A stretch of 64,000 nucleotides of DNA, taken from positions 21,753 to 85,752 of the forward strand of contig MFNK01000012.1 in NCBI GenBank assembly GCA_001782045.1, in the 5' to 3' direction. Source of the DNA: Candidatus Levybacteria bacterium RIFCSPHIGHO2_01_FULL_36_15b (GTDB taxonomy: Bacteria > Patescibacteriota > Microgenomatia > Levybacterales > UBA12049). This document shows positions 20,444 through 28,900 of this stretch, one piece after another. Under the pieces are notes generated by a model that ran no database searches, had not been told where the DNA came from, and saw nothing but the letters and a program-made list of their open reading frames with translations. Both the position numbers and the translations under genes were made by a program. Positions within the stretch are counted from its first letter, which is position 1. Each line of letters opens with the position of its first letter.

Positions 20444-20517
20444 GCCAGGGTAGCTCAGTCGGTTAGAGCACAGGATTCATATCCCTGAGGTCGTGGGTTC
20501 GATCCCCACCCCTGGTA
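20444..20517 (+). tRNA. tRNA-Met (anticodon CAU)
   Basis: Manual cloverleaf: acceptor GCCAGGG/CCCTGGT, D-arm GCTC-AGTCGGTTA-GAGC, anticodon loop TTCATAT, T-arm GTGGG-TTCGATC-CCCAC, discriminator A. Confidence 0.8.
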
Positions 20518-20531
20518 CTAAAAAAATAGGT

Positions 20532-21134
20532 TTATCCACTGTTGCCATGCATATCTTTATCTATTAATTTCCTCAAATAATCTGATTTTGAAAGATTGAA
20601 ATGTTTGGCCGCACTATCCAAATGCTGCCTTTCTTTGTCGGAAATGAATAAATTGAACCTGTTTCTAAGTCTAAACTGGCGAATATGACGCAGGAATTTC
20701 TCAATTTCGTCAGGTAAAGTAAACTCCGTATATTTTGCTCCGAAAAAATTCGGCTGATCAATTAAGTTACCATAGTTTCTATCCTTAGATAAAACAAGTA
20801 CTGGTTTCTGAGCAGACAACGCAAAAAACGCTTCAAAACCAAGACGAAAACTTGGATAACTCGCTTCTATTACTAGTCCGTCTGCTCTAAGAATCGCTGC
20901 TCTAACTGCTTTGTCGTGAATATAACGATATTCCTTTTCCGAAACACTAAGGTTTAAAATCTGTTTTAGTTTAGGAGTTTTATCTAAATGAGTTTTAACA
21001 ATAGTGGCCTCTACATTTGCACCTTGATCTTGAATTTCTTTTAAAACTTGTAGATAAGTTTCTTTATACTCCCCCATTCCTGTTTTGGAACAAGTGAAAA
21101 ATATTCTCATACGTATATATGTATATTCTATCAA
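20532..21134 (-). CDS. Nucleoside 2-deoxyribosyltransferase-like domain fused to a C-terminal ribbon-helix-helix (CopG/Arc-type) DNA-binding domain
   Basis: The N-terminal part resembles the NDT Rossmann fold (ADGLVIEASYPSFRLGFEAFFALSAQKPVLVL). The C-terminus SDKERQHLDSAAKHFNLSKSDYLRKLI is RHH-like. The true start may be an internal Met. Confidence 0.45.
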   Translation of the reverse strand: MIEYTYIRMRIFFTCSKTGMGEYKETYLQVLKEIQDQGANVEATIVKTHLDKTPKLKQILNLSVSEKEYRYIHDKAVRAAILRADGLVIEASYPSFRLGFEAFFALSAQKPVLVLSKDRNYGNLIDQPNFFGAKYTEFTLPDEIEKFLRHIRQFRLRNRFNLFISDKERQHLDSAAKHFNLSKSDYLRKLIDKDMHGNSG

Positions 21135-21190
21135 AAATTGTCCAGCTTTTATAGTATAAATCCAATTTATCGGTTAGGAGTTATGTATAA

Positions 21191-21565
21191 ATGGGTAAAA
21201 TTGAGGTTAGAGATAGATCAATTCGGGGAAGAATTAAAAGGGATAAGTTTGTGATGCCCCAAGGTTCACTTCGTAAACTTTCTGTTTCTAGAACAAATGT
21301 TTTTGAAGGAGATGTTGTTTTAGGCGAAGCAGATATATTCAATCGCTACGACGACGAAAATGTCAACGTGCGTGTCTGGAGAGGAGAACAAAATGTTTTC
21401 TCAGATGAACCAGCAAAAGAATATAGAAATAAAGTCGTTATTTCTGACAGTGAATTACAAAAGGGAGTAAGACTTCCCTCTCCTTTTGAGTATTTAGAAG
21501 TAAGGAATGCGCGCAAAGGCGCTTTTTCAAGACTCAGAAGAAAATTAAGCAGGAGGAGTCAATAA
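21191..21565 (+). CDS. Hypothetical protein, IEVRDRGI-family paralog 1
   Basis: The N-terminus MGKIEVRDRSIRGRI is shared with 21565..21909 and 24162..24473. Confidence 0.4.
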   Translation: MGKIEVRDRSIRGRIKRDKFVMPQGSLRKLSVSRTNVFEGDVVLGEADIFNRYDDENVNVRVWRGEQNVFSDEPAKEYRNKVVISDSELQKGVRLPSPFEYLEVRNARKGAFSRLRRKLSRRSQ

Positions 21566-21909
21566 TGGGAATCGAATTCAGAGACACTGGAATAATTGGA
21601 CGATTTATTCGAAGGCCGAGAGAAATTACTCAGGATAGTACTTTTTATTTAAAAAGGGCAAATAATCGTTACGATCTTGAAGACGATCAGACCATATTAA
21701 GCCGTAGGTCCACGTATTCATCTTATTCTCTACAGGAAGATGGATCAGTAATAGAAACCGACTATGCTAATGTTTTTCATCTTGTAGATTTACTGGAGTA
21801 TAGCCCTCGTCCATGCCAAGTAGTTGTCTTCCAAAGAACTCTTCCTAAAGAAGAGTTAGCAAGTGGTTATAAAATACCTCACTCTCATTGGAGAATTATC
21901 AAAACATAA
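21565..21909 (+). CDS. Hypothetical protein, IEVRDRGI-family paralog 2
   Basis: N-terminus MGIEFRDTGIIGRFI. ATGA overlap with the upstream gene. Confidence 0.4.
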   Translation: MGIEFRDTGIIGRFIRRPREITQDSTFYLKRANNRYDLEDDQTILSRRSTYSSYSLQEDGSVIETDYANVFHLVDLLEYSPRPCQVVVFQRTLPKEELASGYKIPHSHWRIIKT

Positions 21910-21910
21910 T

Positions 21911-22366
21911 ATGTCAGCTGAGCAAGAGAAATCAAAAAAGCAAGAATCTCAACCTTTAAATCCCTGGCCGTTCTCTATCTTAAAGGATCCTATGATTTAT
22001 CCTATTGAACAACCATATTTTTACCAAGAGTATAGGAATGCGTCTCATACTCAAATTGCATGTTTAGAGGCAAGAGAAGGTTTGGATGTGACAGAAAGTC
22101 TAATTACAGCTGAACGCGATGAAGGGTTACCTTTTTGGCGGATATATCAAATTAAAGCGGTTTCTCATTTTAGAAGGGCGGAAAGATACCTTAAGGAAGC
22201 AAGGAAGTCTGAAGATGTCCAGTCTATTCAGAGATCGATTGATGGCTGGAATAATCAACTTTCACGTGGTCATGCTGAAATTTGGGCGATAATTCAACCA
22301 ACTCGAGACCTCCATTTAACACGAGATCAAATTATGGAAATATTAGATATTGTGCCAAGAGCCTAA
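21911..22366 (+). CDS. Hypothetical protein (start taken at MSAEQEK)
   Basis: The ORF shares a CLEAREG / CLFAREG block with 22417..22899. The upstream extension of the 21863 ORF overlaps the previous gene. Confidence 0.4.
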   Translation: MSAEQEKSKKQESQPLNPWPFSILKDPMIYPIEQPYFYQEYRNASHTQIACLEAREGLDVTESLITAERDEGLPFWRIYQIKAVSHFRRAERYLKEARKSEDVQSIQRSIDGWNNQLSRGHAEIWAIIQPTRDLHLTRDQIMEILDIVPRA

Positions 22367-22416
22367 AATCCGAAAACTCTGATGAAGGAGAATTCACAAA
22401 TTTAATCTAAAATAAA

Positions 22417-22899
22417 ATGTCACCTGAAAGAAAACAAAAAGGAAATGAAAAGAAAAAAACTGTTGATTATGTTGCGATTTTAGATCAGCCAACTTATTAT
22501 GCAACTGGTCTTTTAGACAGTGACTCTCTAGAAGCTCGTATCCCCAATTTTGAAAAAGAGGTGGAAGGAGCAAAATCTGATACTGAAAAAACTTGTCTAT
22601 TTGCTCGAGAAGGAATGGTTGGGAGAATGAGACAACAGTATCTTCAAGCAGCATATAACGAGAAATTAAATTTAAATATGGAACTTGCCTATCAAATATT
22701 GATAACAGGCTATGCAAGAGCTTCTAAAAACTTTTTATACCTTTATAACGCTTATTCGTATGCAGATCCAGAGCGACTAAAAGCGCTTGTCAGAAGCCTC
22801 GAGCTTTACACTAATGCAATTGAAAATGGCTTAGCGGCAGAAACGAATGGAACACTAACATTAGCAAGAGTAGATAAAATACTTGGTCTACAAAAATAG
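22417..22899 (+). CDS. Hypothetical protein, possible paralog of 21911..22366
   Basis: 160-aa ORF with a TCLFAREGM block. Confidence 0.4.
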   Translation: MSPERKQKGNEKKKTVDYVAILDQPTYYATGLLDSDSLEARIPNFEKEVEGAKSDTEKTCLFAREGMVGRMRQQYLQAAYNEKLNLNMELAYQILITGYARASKNFLYLYNAYSYADPERLKALVRSLELYTNAIENGLAAETNGTLTLARVDKILGLQK

Positions 22900-23226
22900 A
22901 TTTACCCACTGTTTCCAGTAAGGATCCTGCTTAATGGCTTTAATTTCATTGTCTTTTGGCAGCAAATCTTCCGGAATAAGCACGTTTTGCTCCCCTTCTT
23001 TTACCCAAAAGAGCTTATTTCTTGCCTCCTTCTCCACAAAATCTTGTTTCTGCGCAAGTGTGTATTCTGCTTTTAGTTTTGCGTTTTTTGCCTTTTCTTG
23101 CTCTAGCTTTCTTTGTGCTTCTTTTACTACGTCCTGCTTGCTCCAAAGATCGAAAATAGAGCCGATAAGGCCGTTAATAACAAGAAGTAAACCCACAACT
23201 GCAATAATATAAGCGGCTTTTTTCAT
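22888..23226 (-). CDS. FtsB/DivIC-like septum formation initiator (single TM + coiled coil)
   Basis: MKKAAYIIAVVGLLLVINGL is a TM helix, followed by a K/E-rich coiled coil. I chose the start at the internal Met because the longer ORF overlaps the recombinase gene. Confidence 0.45.
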   Translation of the reverse strand: MKKAAYIIAVVGLLLVINGLIGSIFDLWSKQDVVKEAQRKLEQEKAKNAKLKAEYTLAQKQDFVEKEARNKLFWVKEGEQNVLIPEDLLPKDNEIKAIKQDPYWKQWVNLFL

Positions 23227-23299
23227 ATTACTATAGTAACATAATTTTAAAATTCCTAGTTGACTAACTGCATTTTTAATGATATTATAGGCCATAACA

Positions 23300-24160
23300 A
23301 TGAAATCGATTACCCTCCGTTCTGCCCTCGAGGAGTTCAAAAATTTTCTTAAAAATAATCAGAAAAGCAACTCTACAATAGTTGCATATGGCAAGGATAT
23401 TGACCAGCTTTTAACCTTTTTAGAAGGTTTGGAAAGAGGAGAAATAAGCCATGTGTTAAAAGAAGACTTAGATTCTTTTTTGGCAAAACTTTCCAAAGAA
23501 GGATATACTCCTAAGTCGGTTTCGCGAAAGATTAACTCAATTAGAACTTTTTATAGATTCCTTAAAGTTTCCGAATACATAGAAGAAGACCCTTCCCTTT
23601 TGGTGGTTCATCCTAAATACGAACTAGCACCACCCAGAATTTTAACTCCAACAGAATACAGAGCTTTGCGTGATGCTGCAAGGGGAGACGGCAGAATGTT
23701 TGCAATAATTGAGCTTTTACTTCAAACAGGAATTAGAATCGGAGAACTTGCCAATTTAAGGTTATCTGATGTTGGAAAAGATACTTTGCACATTTTGCCT
23801 TTTGAAAAACATGAAGAAAGAACAATTGCATTAAATAAAAGGGCACAGGAAGCGTTGCAAAGATATATGACAGTTCGGCCAAAGGTAGAAGACGATCATT
23901 TGTTTGTTACAAAAAGCGGAAAACCATTCTTGATTCGAAATATAAGAACTGCAGTAGAAAGGTATTTTAGACTTGCAGAAATTCAAGCTGCCAAAGTAAA
24001 TGATTTAAGGCACACTTTTGTAGCACACCACTTAAAACACGGTGTATCGTTACAGGTGTTGAGTAAAACACTAGGACACAAAAGACTTTCCACAACGGAG
24101 CGATATCTTCAATACGTGCCCGAACGCGGCAAAGACACCTCAGTACTTACGGAACTTTAA
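23300..24160 (+). CDS. Tyrosine site-specific recombinase, XerC/XerD-like
   Basis: N-terminal SAM-like core-binding domain. Catalytic R...HxxR...Y appears as ARGDGRM, LRHTFVAHHL and RYLQY. 286 aa. Confidence 0.75.
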   Translation: MKSITLRSALEEFKNFLKNNQKSNSTIVAYGKDIDQLLTFLEGLERGEISHVLKEDLDSFLAKLSKEGYTPKSVSRKINSIRTFYRFLKVSEYIEEDPSLLVVHPKYELAPPRILTPTEYRALRDAARGDGRMFAIIELLLQTGIRIGELANLRLSDVGKDTLHILPFEKHEERTIALNKRAQEALQRYMTVRPKVEDDHLFVTKSGKPFLIRNIRTAVERYFRLAEIQAAKVNDLRHTFVAHHLKHGVSLQVLSKTLGHKRLSTTERYLQYVPERGKDTSVLTEL

Positions 24161-24161
24161 T

Positions 24162-24473
24162 ATGACAATAGAAGTTAAAGACAGAGGAATAAAAGGTCTT
24201 TTTACAAAAACCAAATCTTATCAAGTAGGAGAACCCGTAAATATTCCATACAAGCAGATTCTCGATGATGACAGCCTAATTCACGGCAGAGATTTACTTA
24301 CTGAATTACCAAATGGAAGAATAAGCATTGAAAGTATGATTGATTTTCATCCTATTGAATTTATGACTGTTCTGCGTGGAGATGAAAGCTTAGAGGTTCC
24401 AGCAAGAGAGATTGGAAAGTATGATTTGGGATTTAGAGCAGGAAAAAAAGTAGTTTGGAAACCCTCTAAATAG
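24162..24473 (+). CDS. Hypothetical protein, IEVRDRGI-family paralog 3
   Basis: N-terminus MTIEVKDRGIKGLF. It is immediately downstream of the recombinase. Confidence 0.4.
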   Translation: MTIEVKDRGIKGLFTKTKSYQVGEPVNIPYKQILDDDSLIHGRDLLTELPNGRISIESMIDFHPIEFMTVLRGDESLEVPAREIGKYDLGFRAGKKVVWKPSK

Positions 24474-24545
24474 TGCTCCCGCTTGGATTCGAACCAAGGA
24501 CATCTACTTTATAAGAGTAGCGCTCTACCACTGAGCTACAGGAGC
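24474..24545 (-). tRNA. tRNA-Ile (anticodon read as UAU)
   Basis: Manual fold of the reverse complement: GCTCCTG-TA-GCTC-AGTGGTA-GAGC-G-CTACT-CTTATAA-AGTAG-ATGTC-CTTGG-TTCGAAT-CCAAG-CGGGAGC-A. Confidence 0.7.
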
Positions 24546-24560
24546 TTGTAACGTATTTTA

Positions 24561-26933
24561 TCAGAGGCGGGCGCGTTGGGCAATAATTGGCTCGAGTTTA
24601 TTAACCGGCACTCCGTATTTTACTCTAGATAATTCCCTAATTAACTCGGCAACTCTTTTGTTTTCCACTTGCTTTTCCTTGGTCATATCTCTTGTTAAAT
24701 CCATAGAAAATGAAGTTACAGGCTCGTTATTTACAATGGTTTTAACATAGGCGTTATAAACATCTACATTAATTAAATCTGCCTCTGTAAAAGTCGGCTG
24801 AAACTCGTGTTGTAGGTAGCTCGCATCCGTTACCCCTACTCTAAACGCTGCCAAAGTACCAACGTTTCCGAAAATTGCATTTTTAACCTCTTCATCCATT
24901 TGTCCTATAAACTGGTTTGCAACAATTAAATTGAGCCTGTATTTTCGGGCTTCTGACAAAATCTGTGCAAAATCAGGTGTTGCAAAGTTTTGAAACTCAT
25001 CTACATATAAATAAAAGTCTCGTCTTGATTCTTCTGGTATATCCTGCCTGCTCATTGCTGCAACCAAAATCTTAGGAACCAAAACTAAACCTAAGAAGCT
25101 AGCGTTTTCTTCTCCTATTTTTCCTTTGGATAAAGAGACGAGAAGAATTTTACCCTCATCCATTGCCTTTCTAAAATCAAATGCGCTCTTGCTTTGCCCA
25201 ATTATGTTTCTCATCATCTTATTTGTGACAAACCGGCCAAATTTGGAAACAATATAATCTAAGGTTTCTGATTTATGGAAATCGGAAGTCTGTGCAATTT
25301 GGTCTGTCCAATAACGTCTAATAATTGGATCCTGGACTTTAGGAAGCAGCTCCTGAACAAAATTTGAATCAGTAAGAGCACGTACAACTTCTATAAAAGT
25401 GCTTCCCGGCTCGCTCATTACGGTTAACATTGCGTTTCTTATAGCATGCTCAAAACGGGGGCCAATAATTCCGGTTTTATTGGGGTCGTAAAGCTTGTAC
25501 ATGAGCCCTACAATTGAGCTTACAATATAGTGTTTTTCCTGCTCGGTTTGGGCCTCTAACATGTTTAGTCCAAGAGGCATTTCCGTGTCTGATGGATCAA
25601 ATAAAATTACATCTTCTGCCCGCTCCGGCGGAATTAAAGGTAAAAGTTTATCTATTGTGTCGTGGGGATCGATAAAGCAAACCCCTTCCCCATTTCTTAT
25701 GTCCTGCAAAATCATGTCTTTAAGAAATTCGGATTTTCCCGTTCCAGTTTTTCCAATTACATACATATGTCTTCGTCTGTCATCTTTTTGAATATATACA
25801 GGTTTTGCCATACCCCTGTATGTACTCATTCCAAGATAAAGTCCTGTACTTGGAATTTGAACGGGTGCGGGCGCTTTTTTGGCATTAAGCCAGAAAATAT
25901 GAGGCGTTTGTATGGTTTTATTTGGAAAATGATAAACTCCGGCAAGCTCTTCGCTTGTTAAAACCGAAAAGTTTCCGGTTGCCGGGAAGTAGCGATAAAT
26001 AAAATCTGTTATAAAATTTCCTTTTAAAAACTGCTTCTGTTTTGTAAATTCATTAAATGACGCAAACTGATCGAATGCATTTTCCAAATTGTTAAGATGG
26101 GCCTCTGCTGCTTCCTTAGTAGAGGATGAAACAACCAATCTTACTACTGTATAAAAGCCGGGTTTTCCTATTTTTTGCTCAACAGCTTCAAGTTCTTTAG
26201 GGTCTGAAGAATACTTTGCAGTTTCCGGGTTTGATTCTCTTTTTTTAGTATCTGCGATGTGTTTTCTACCCATCTTAGACCATTTTGAATCTGCACCAGA
26301 AATTAAAATTTGAATTGCTGCGCCCTCTCCTTCCCCCATTTTGGCAAGGACAGAAGTTATTGAGGATATTGGATCAACTGCAAATTCTTTATAAACTTTT
26401 AAGGATTTGTAATTACTGTCTTTAAGTTTCAAGGTTTTGAATGCAACGCTACCATTTTCAGAAAATATATTATATTCATTGCCTAAAATGTAGCCTTCCT
26501 TTGAGTATCTCGAATTACCTTCTTCTACGACTCGTATTTCGGCATCCGGGTAAGAAGCGTTAATCTGCTTTTCAACCATGTCTTTATATTTATTAGGTGT
26601 GTATATGAAAAACCGAATGTCGCCAGGCATTCCTACTATTTCAAAAGATATATGAGGTCTGTATTTTAAAAACTGCAGGCGACCGCTTGATTTTATCCCT
26701 GCAAAAGCGCTAAAAAGCTGTTCTGCGGCGTCAATTTTTATTTCGTTGTCTCTTGGAAGCGCAATTTGCAAAAGAGTCGAGTCTAAGGAATGCTTTTCGC
26801 GTTCTCTATTTCTGTACCAAACCATCCAAACATATCCAAGCCCAACCACTACAGCAGCCATTAAGATAAGAATTCCTACTGTAACAAATAGCGATATTAG
26901 TAACTGAGTTAGAGCTGTTAAAGAATTTATCAT
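24561..26933 (-). CDS. VirB4/TrbE/CagE-family type IV secretion ATPase with N-terminal TM segment
   Basis: Walker A VIGKTGTGKSEFLKDM and Walker B LYVDEFQNFAT. 790 aa with an N-terminal hydrophobic helix. Confidence 0.8.
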   Translation of the reverse strand: MINSLTALTQLLISLFVTVGILILMAAVVVGLGYVWMVWYRNREREKHSLDSTLLQIALPRDNEIKIDAAEQLFSAFAGIKSSGRLQFLKYRPHISFEIVGMPGDIRFFIYTPNKYKDMVEKQINASYPDAEIRVVEEGNSRYSKEGYILGNEYNIFSENGSVAFKTLKLKDSNYKSLKVYKEFAVDPISSITSVLAKMGEGEGAAIQILISGADSKWSKMGRKHIADTKKRESNPETAKYSSDPKELEAVEQKIGKPGFYTVVRLVVSSSTKEAAEAHLNNLENAFDQFASFNEFTKQKQFLKGNFITDFIYRYFPATGNFSVLTSEELAGVYHFPNKTIQTPHIFWLNAKKAPAPVQIPSTGLYLGMSTYRGMAKPVYIQKDDRRRHMYVIGKTGTGKSEFLKDMILQDIRNGEGVCFIDPHDTIDKLLPLIPPERAEDVILFDPSDTEMPLGLNMLEAQTEQEKHYIVSSIVGLMYKLYDPNKTGIIGPRFEHAIRNAMLTVMSEPGSTFIEVVRALTDSNFVQELLPKVQDPIIRRYWTDQIAQTSDFHKSETLDYIVSKFGRFVTNKMMRNIIGQSKSAFDFRKAMDEGKILLVSLSKGKIGEENASFLGLVLVPKILVAAMSRQDIPEESRRDFYLYVDEFQNFATPDFAQILSEARKYRLNLIVANQFIGQMDEEVKNAIFGNVGTLAAFRVGVTDASYLQHEFQPTFTEADLINVDVYNAYVKTIVNNEPVTSFSMDLTRDMTKEKQVENKRVAELIRELSRVKYGVPVNKLEPIIAQRARL

Positions 26934-27397
26934 GTAGTTTGCCTTTTTCTTATTCTAAAAAAATCTAAAAATTTGTTTATCTTATCTACTAAAGTTGCCA
27001 GACCCAATTTTGAGGGAACAACGTATGCATCATGTTCACCGTGTTCTCCTATATCGTAGGTAACTTTGTTTTCGTACTGTTTCATTACGCCTTGCGCTTC
27101 TTCTTCAGTCATCGGAAGCTGAACCGTACCAATTGAATCGGTATTGACAGGAGTATCAACGGGGGCGTGAGCTATTCCGATTCTCTCATGAGTTTTATCA
27201 AGTTCAATTTTATCCGTGCGTGCTTCAACTCCTATGTCTTTTAGCTCTTGTTCTACTTGTGGCTGGGTTTCAGAAGTTACAGATTCATTAACATATGAAG
27301 AAACTGGTCTTTCAACCTCTTTTGCAACACTTCCTGCTTGAGGAACTGGTGCTTGATTGTTTTGATTTGGATTTGGATTATTTTGAACGTCTACCAC
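26930..27397 (-). CDS. Hypothetical protein, translationally coupled upstream of the VirB4-like ATPase
   Basis: 4-bp overlap with the VirB4 start. N/Q/P-rich N-terminus. Confidence 0.4.
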   Translation of the reverse strand: MVDVQNNPNPNQNNQAPVPQAGSVAKEVERPVSSYVNESVTSETQPQVEQELKDIGVEARTDKIELDKTHERIGIAHAPVDTPVNTDSIGTVQLPMTEEEAQGVMKQYENKVTYDIGEHGEHDAYVVPSKLGLATLVDKINKFLDFFRIRKRQTT

Positions 27398-27440
27398 ATT
27401 ATAATTCTATCACAAAACTTAATTTAATCTTTATAATAAC

Positions 27441-27501
27441 CTGACAATTTACCCTGTTAAATGGCTTTGCCAATTTGTTTAATCAAATTATTTAACAGGG
27501 T
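27441..27501 (-). promoter_or_regulatory. Palindromic operator-like element (ACCCTGTTAAAT-N27-ATTTAACAGGGT) plus an adjacent TTGTCA box, upstream of the VirB4 operon
   Basis: Perfect 12-bp inverted repeat at 27451-27462 and 27490-27501. The same element recurs at 53423-53481. Confidence 0.5.
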
Positions 27502-27531
27502 GAAAATTAAACTCACAAAATCTTAACAAAA

Positions 27532-27672
27532 CTATCCCTTAAGAGATCCGCAGACTGGACAAGTTGTTAATTTACCATTTACTACCATCTGAAATTCTAT
27601 ATCACTTGGTTCCCAACCGCAGTTTCTGCATATAATTTTGTAACAAACCTCGCAATCTTTTTCTCTTTCCAT
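27532..27672 (-). CDS. Small zinc-ribbon protein (46 aa), not in the ORF track
   Basis: Hand translation MEREKDCEVCYKIICRNCGWEPSDIEFQMVVNGKLTTCPVCGSLKG shows two CxxC pairs. Confidence 0.35.
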   Translation of the reverse strand: MEREKDCEVCYKIICRNCGWEPSDIEFQMVVNGKLTTCPVCGSLKG

Positions 27673-27673
27673 G

Positions 27674-28834
27674 TTAGTTTAGTTTTGAATAAGGTGCAGA
27701 TTTTCCACACTCAGGGCAACTTATTCTTCCTCCTCCTATTGCTGCTTCAACCTGCCTTTGGCAAAAAGGGCATTTACAACAAAGTGTGGTTTGTTCGGTT
27801 TTTTTCTGACCGAATTGGGCCACGCTATAAGGATTATTTATATTCTCGGCACTTGCCAAATTGAACCCTGCGGAAACACCTGGACAAGGACCCCCTGCTA
27901 CTCTGGGTGTGAACATTCCCATCGTGGCGGCCTTTCTCTCTACTTGCTCGTCTGGAGCAAAGGCAGCCCAATATTCTAGTTTTTTAATAAATTCGTTATC
28001 GTTATTAACGATAGCAGATAGGGTTTCGTCTGTTTGGTTTAAGACAGAGTTAAACTTTAGACGGTGGGTAAAGAAGTCATACGGATTTTTAATCAAAGAG
28101 TTTATGTAGCTCACCGTCAAACGTGCATTAATTTTGTTAATGAGCTCAAGTTTTTCTTCATCTAGAGCTACTGCGTCTTTATTTAAGTATTTTTGGACAT
28201 CATCTGAGGACTCGAAAACATCTACGTTTATGGGCTCTTTTAGAAAATCGGATGCCCTTTCGTAACTTTGGCAGTTAGTAAATGGTTTGAGTTTTTCTTT
28301 ATACTGCTCTAAAGTTAGGGTAGATAAATACCTGTTTAACTCTACGTATCTTTTCCCATTCTCATCCTCTTTCAGCTCATAAACGTCGAAAAAATTGTTT
28401 GTATAGTCGGAGCCTTTTTCTCCCCTTGACGAAACCGAGAGCCTTTTTGCCCCCACTTTAGAATCTTTGACAGTTAGCTCGGCTTGAGTTTTTACTGCCC
28501 CCAAAAGCTCTGCATCTTCGCGATCGAAATCCAACGGGTTACCATATTTTCTTCTGTATTCAACTCCTTTTCTTACCATGTCCTCCATTGATTGATTTAC
28601 CCCGTCAGCCACCATTTTCTCCTCAACGATCTCAAAGCGGGTTGTCGACCTTATAGCACTTACCCTTTCTCCTATGTATGTTTCTAGCTGTCTTCTGGTA
28701 TAAGTTTTTAACCTTTGTTGCTCGGAGAATGTAAGTTGATGAAAGCTTCTGTAGTCTCTTTCGTCAAAAGAAGGATTGTATACAAGCTTTCTTTCCTCCT
28801 CAAAATTCGGTGTGTAAGTTTGTCTTTCTATCAT
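27674..28834 (-). CDS. Hypothetical protein with C-terminal Cys-rich zinc-ribbon
   Basis: 386 aa ending CCKCPFCQ...CPECG. Confidence 0.45.
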   Translation of the reverse strand: MIERQTYTPNFEEERKLVYNPSFDERDYRSFHQLTFSEQQRLKTYTRRQLETYIGERVSAIRSTTRFEIVEEKMVADGVNQSMEDMVRKGVEYRRKYGNPLDFDREDAELLGAVKTQAELTVKDSKVGAKRLSVSSRGEKGSDYTNNFFDVYELKEDENGKRYVELNRYLSTLTLEQYKEKLKPFTNCQSYERASDFLKEPINVDVFESSDDVQKYLNKDAVALDEEKLELINKINARLTVSYINSLIKNPYDFFTHRLKFNSVLNQTDETLSAIVNNDNEFIKKLEYWAAFAPDEQVERKAATMGMFTPRVAGGPCPGVSAGFNLASAENINNPYSVAQFGQKKTEQTTLCCKCPFCQRQVEAAIGGGRISCPECGKSAPYSKLN

Positions 28835-28900
28835 CTGGTTTTTTTATCCACCTTGATTCGCAGCATGAGGCGTGTTCGAATAGAACAGAAAAGCCGAATG

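Noticed and set aside
23300-24160. Calling the tyrosine recombinase a mobile-element integrase
   Set aside because: Its size (286 aa) and N-terminal SAM-like domain fit XerC/XerD. A core FtsB-like division gene is adjacent. No att-like direct repeats were seen. It is annotated as CDS, with the island question left as a finding.
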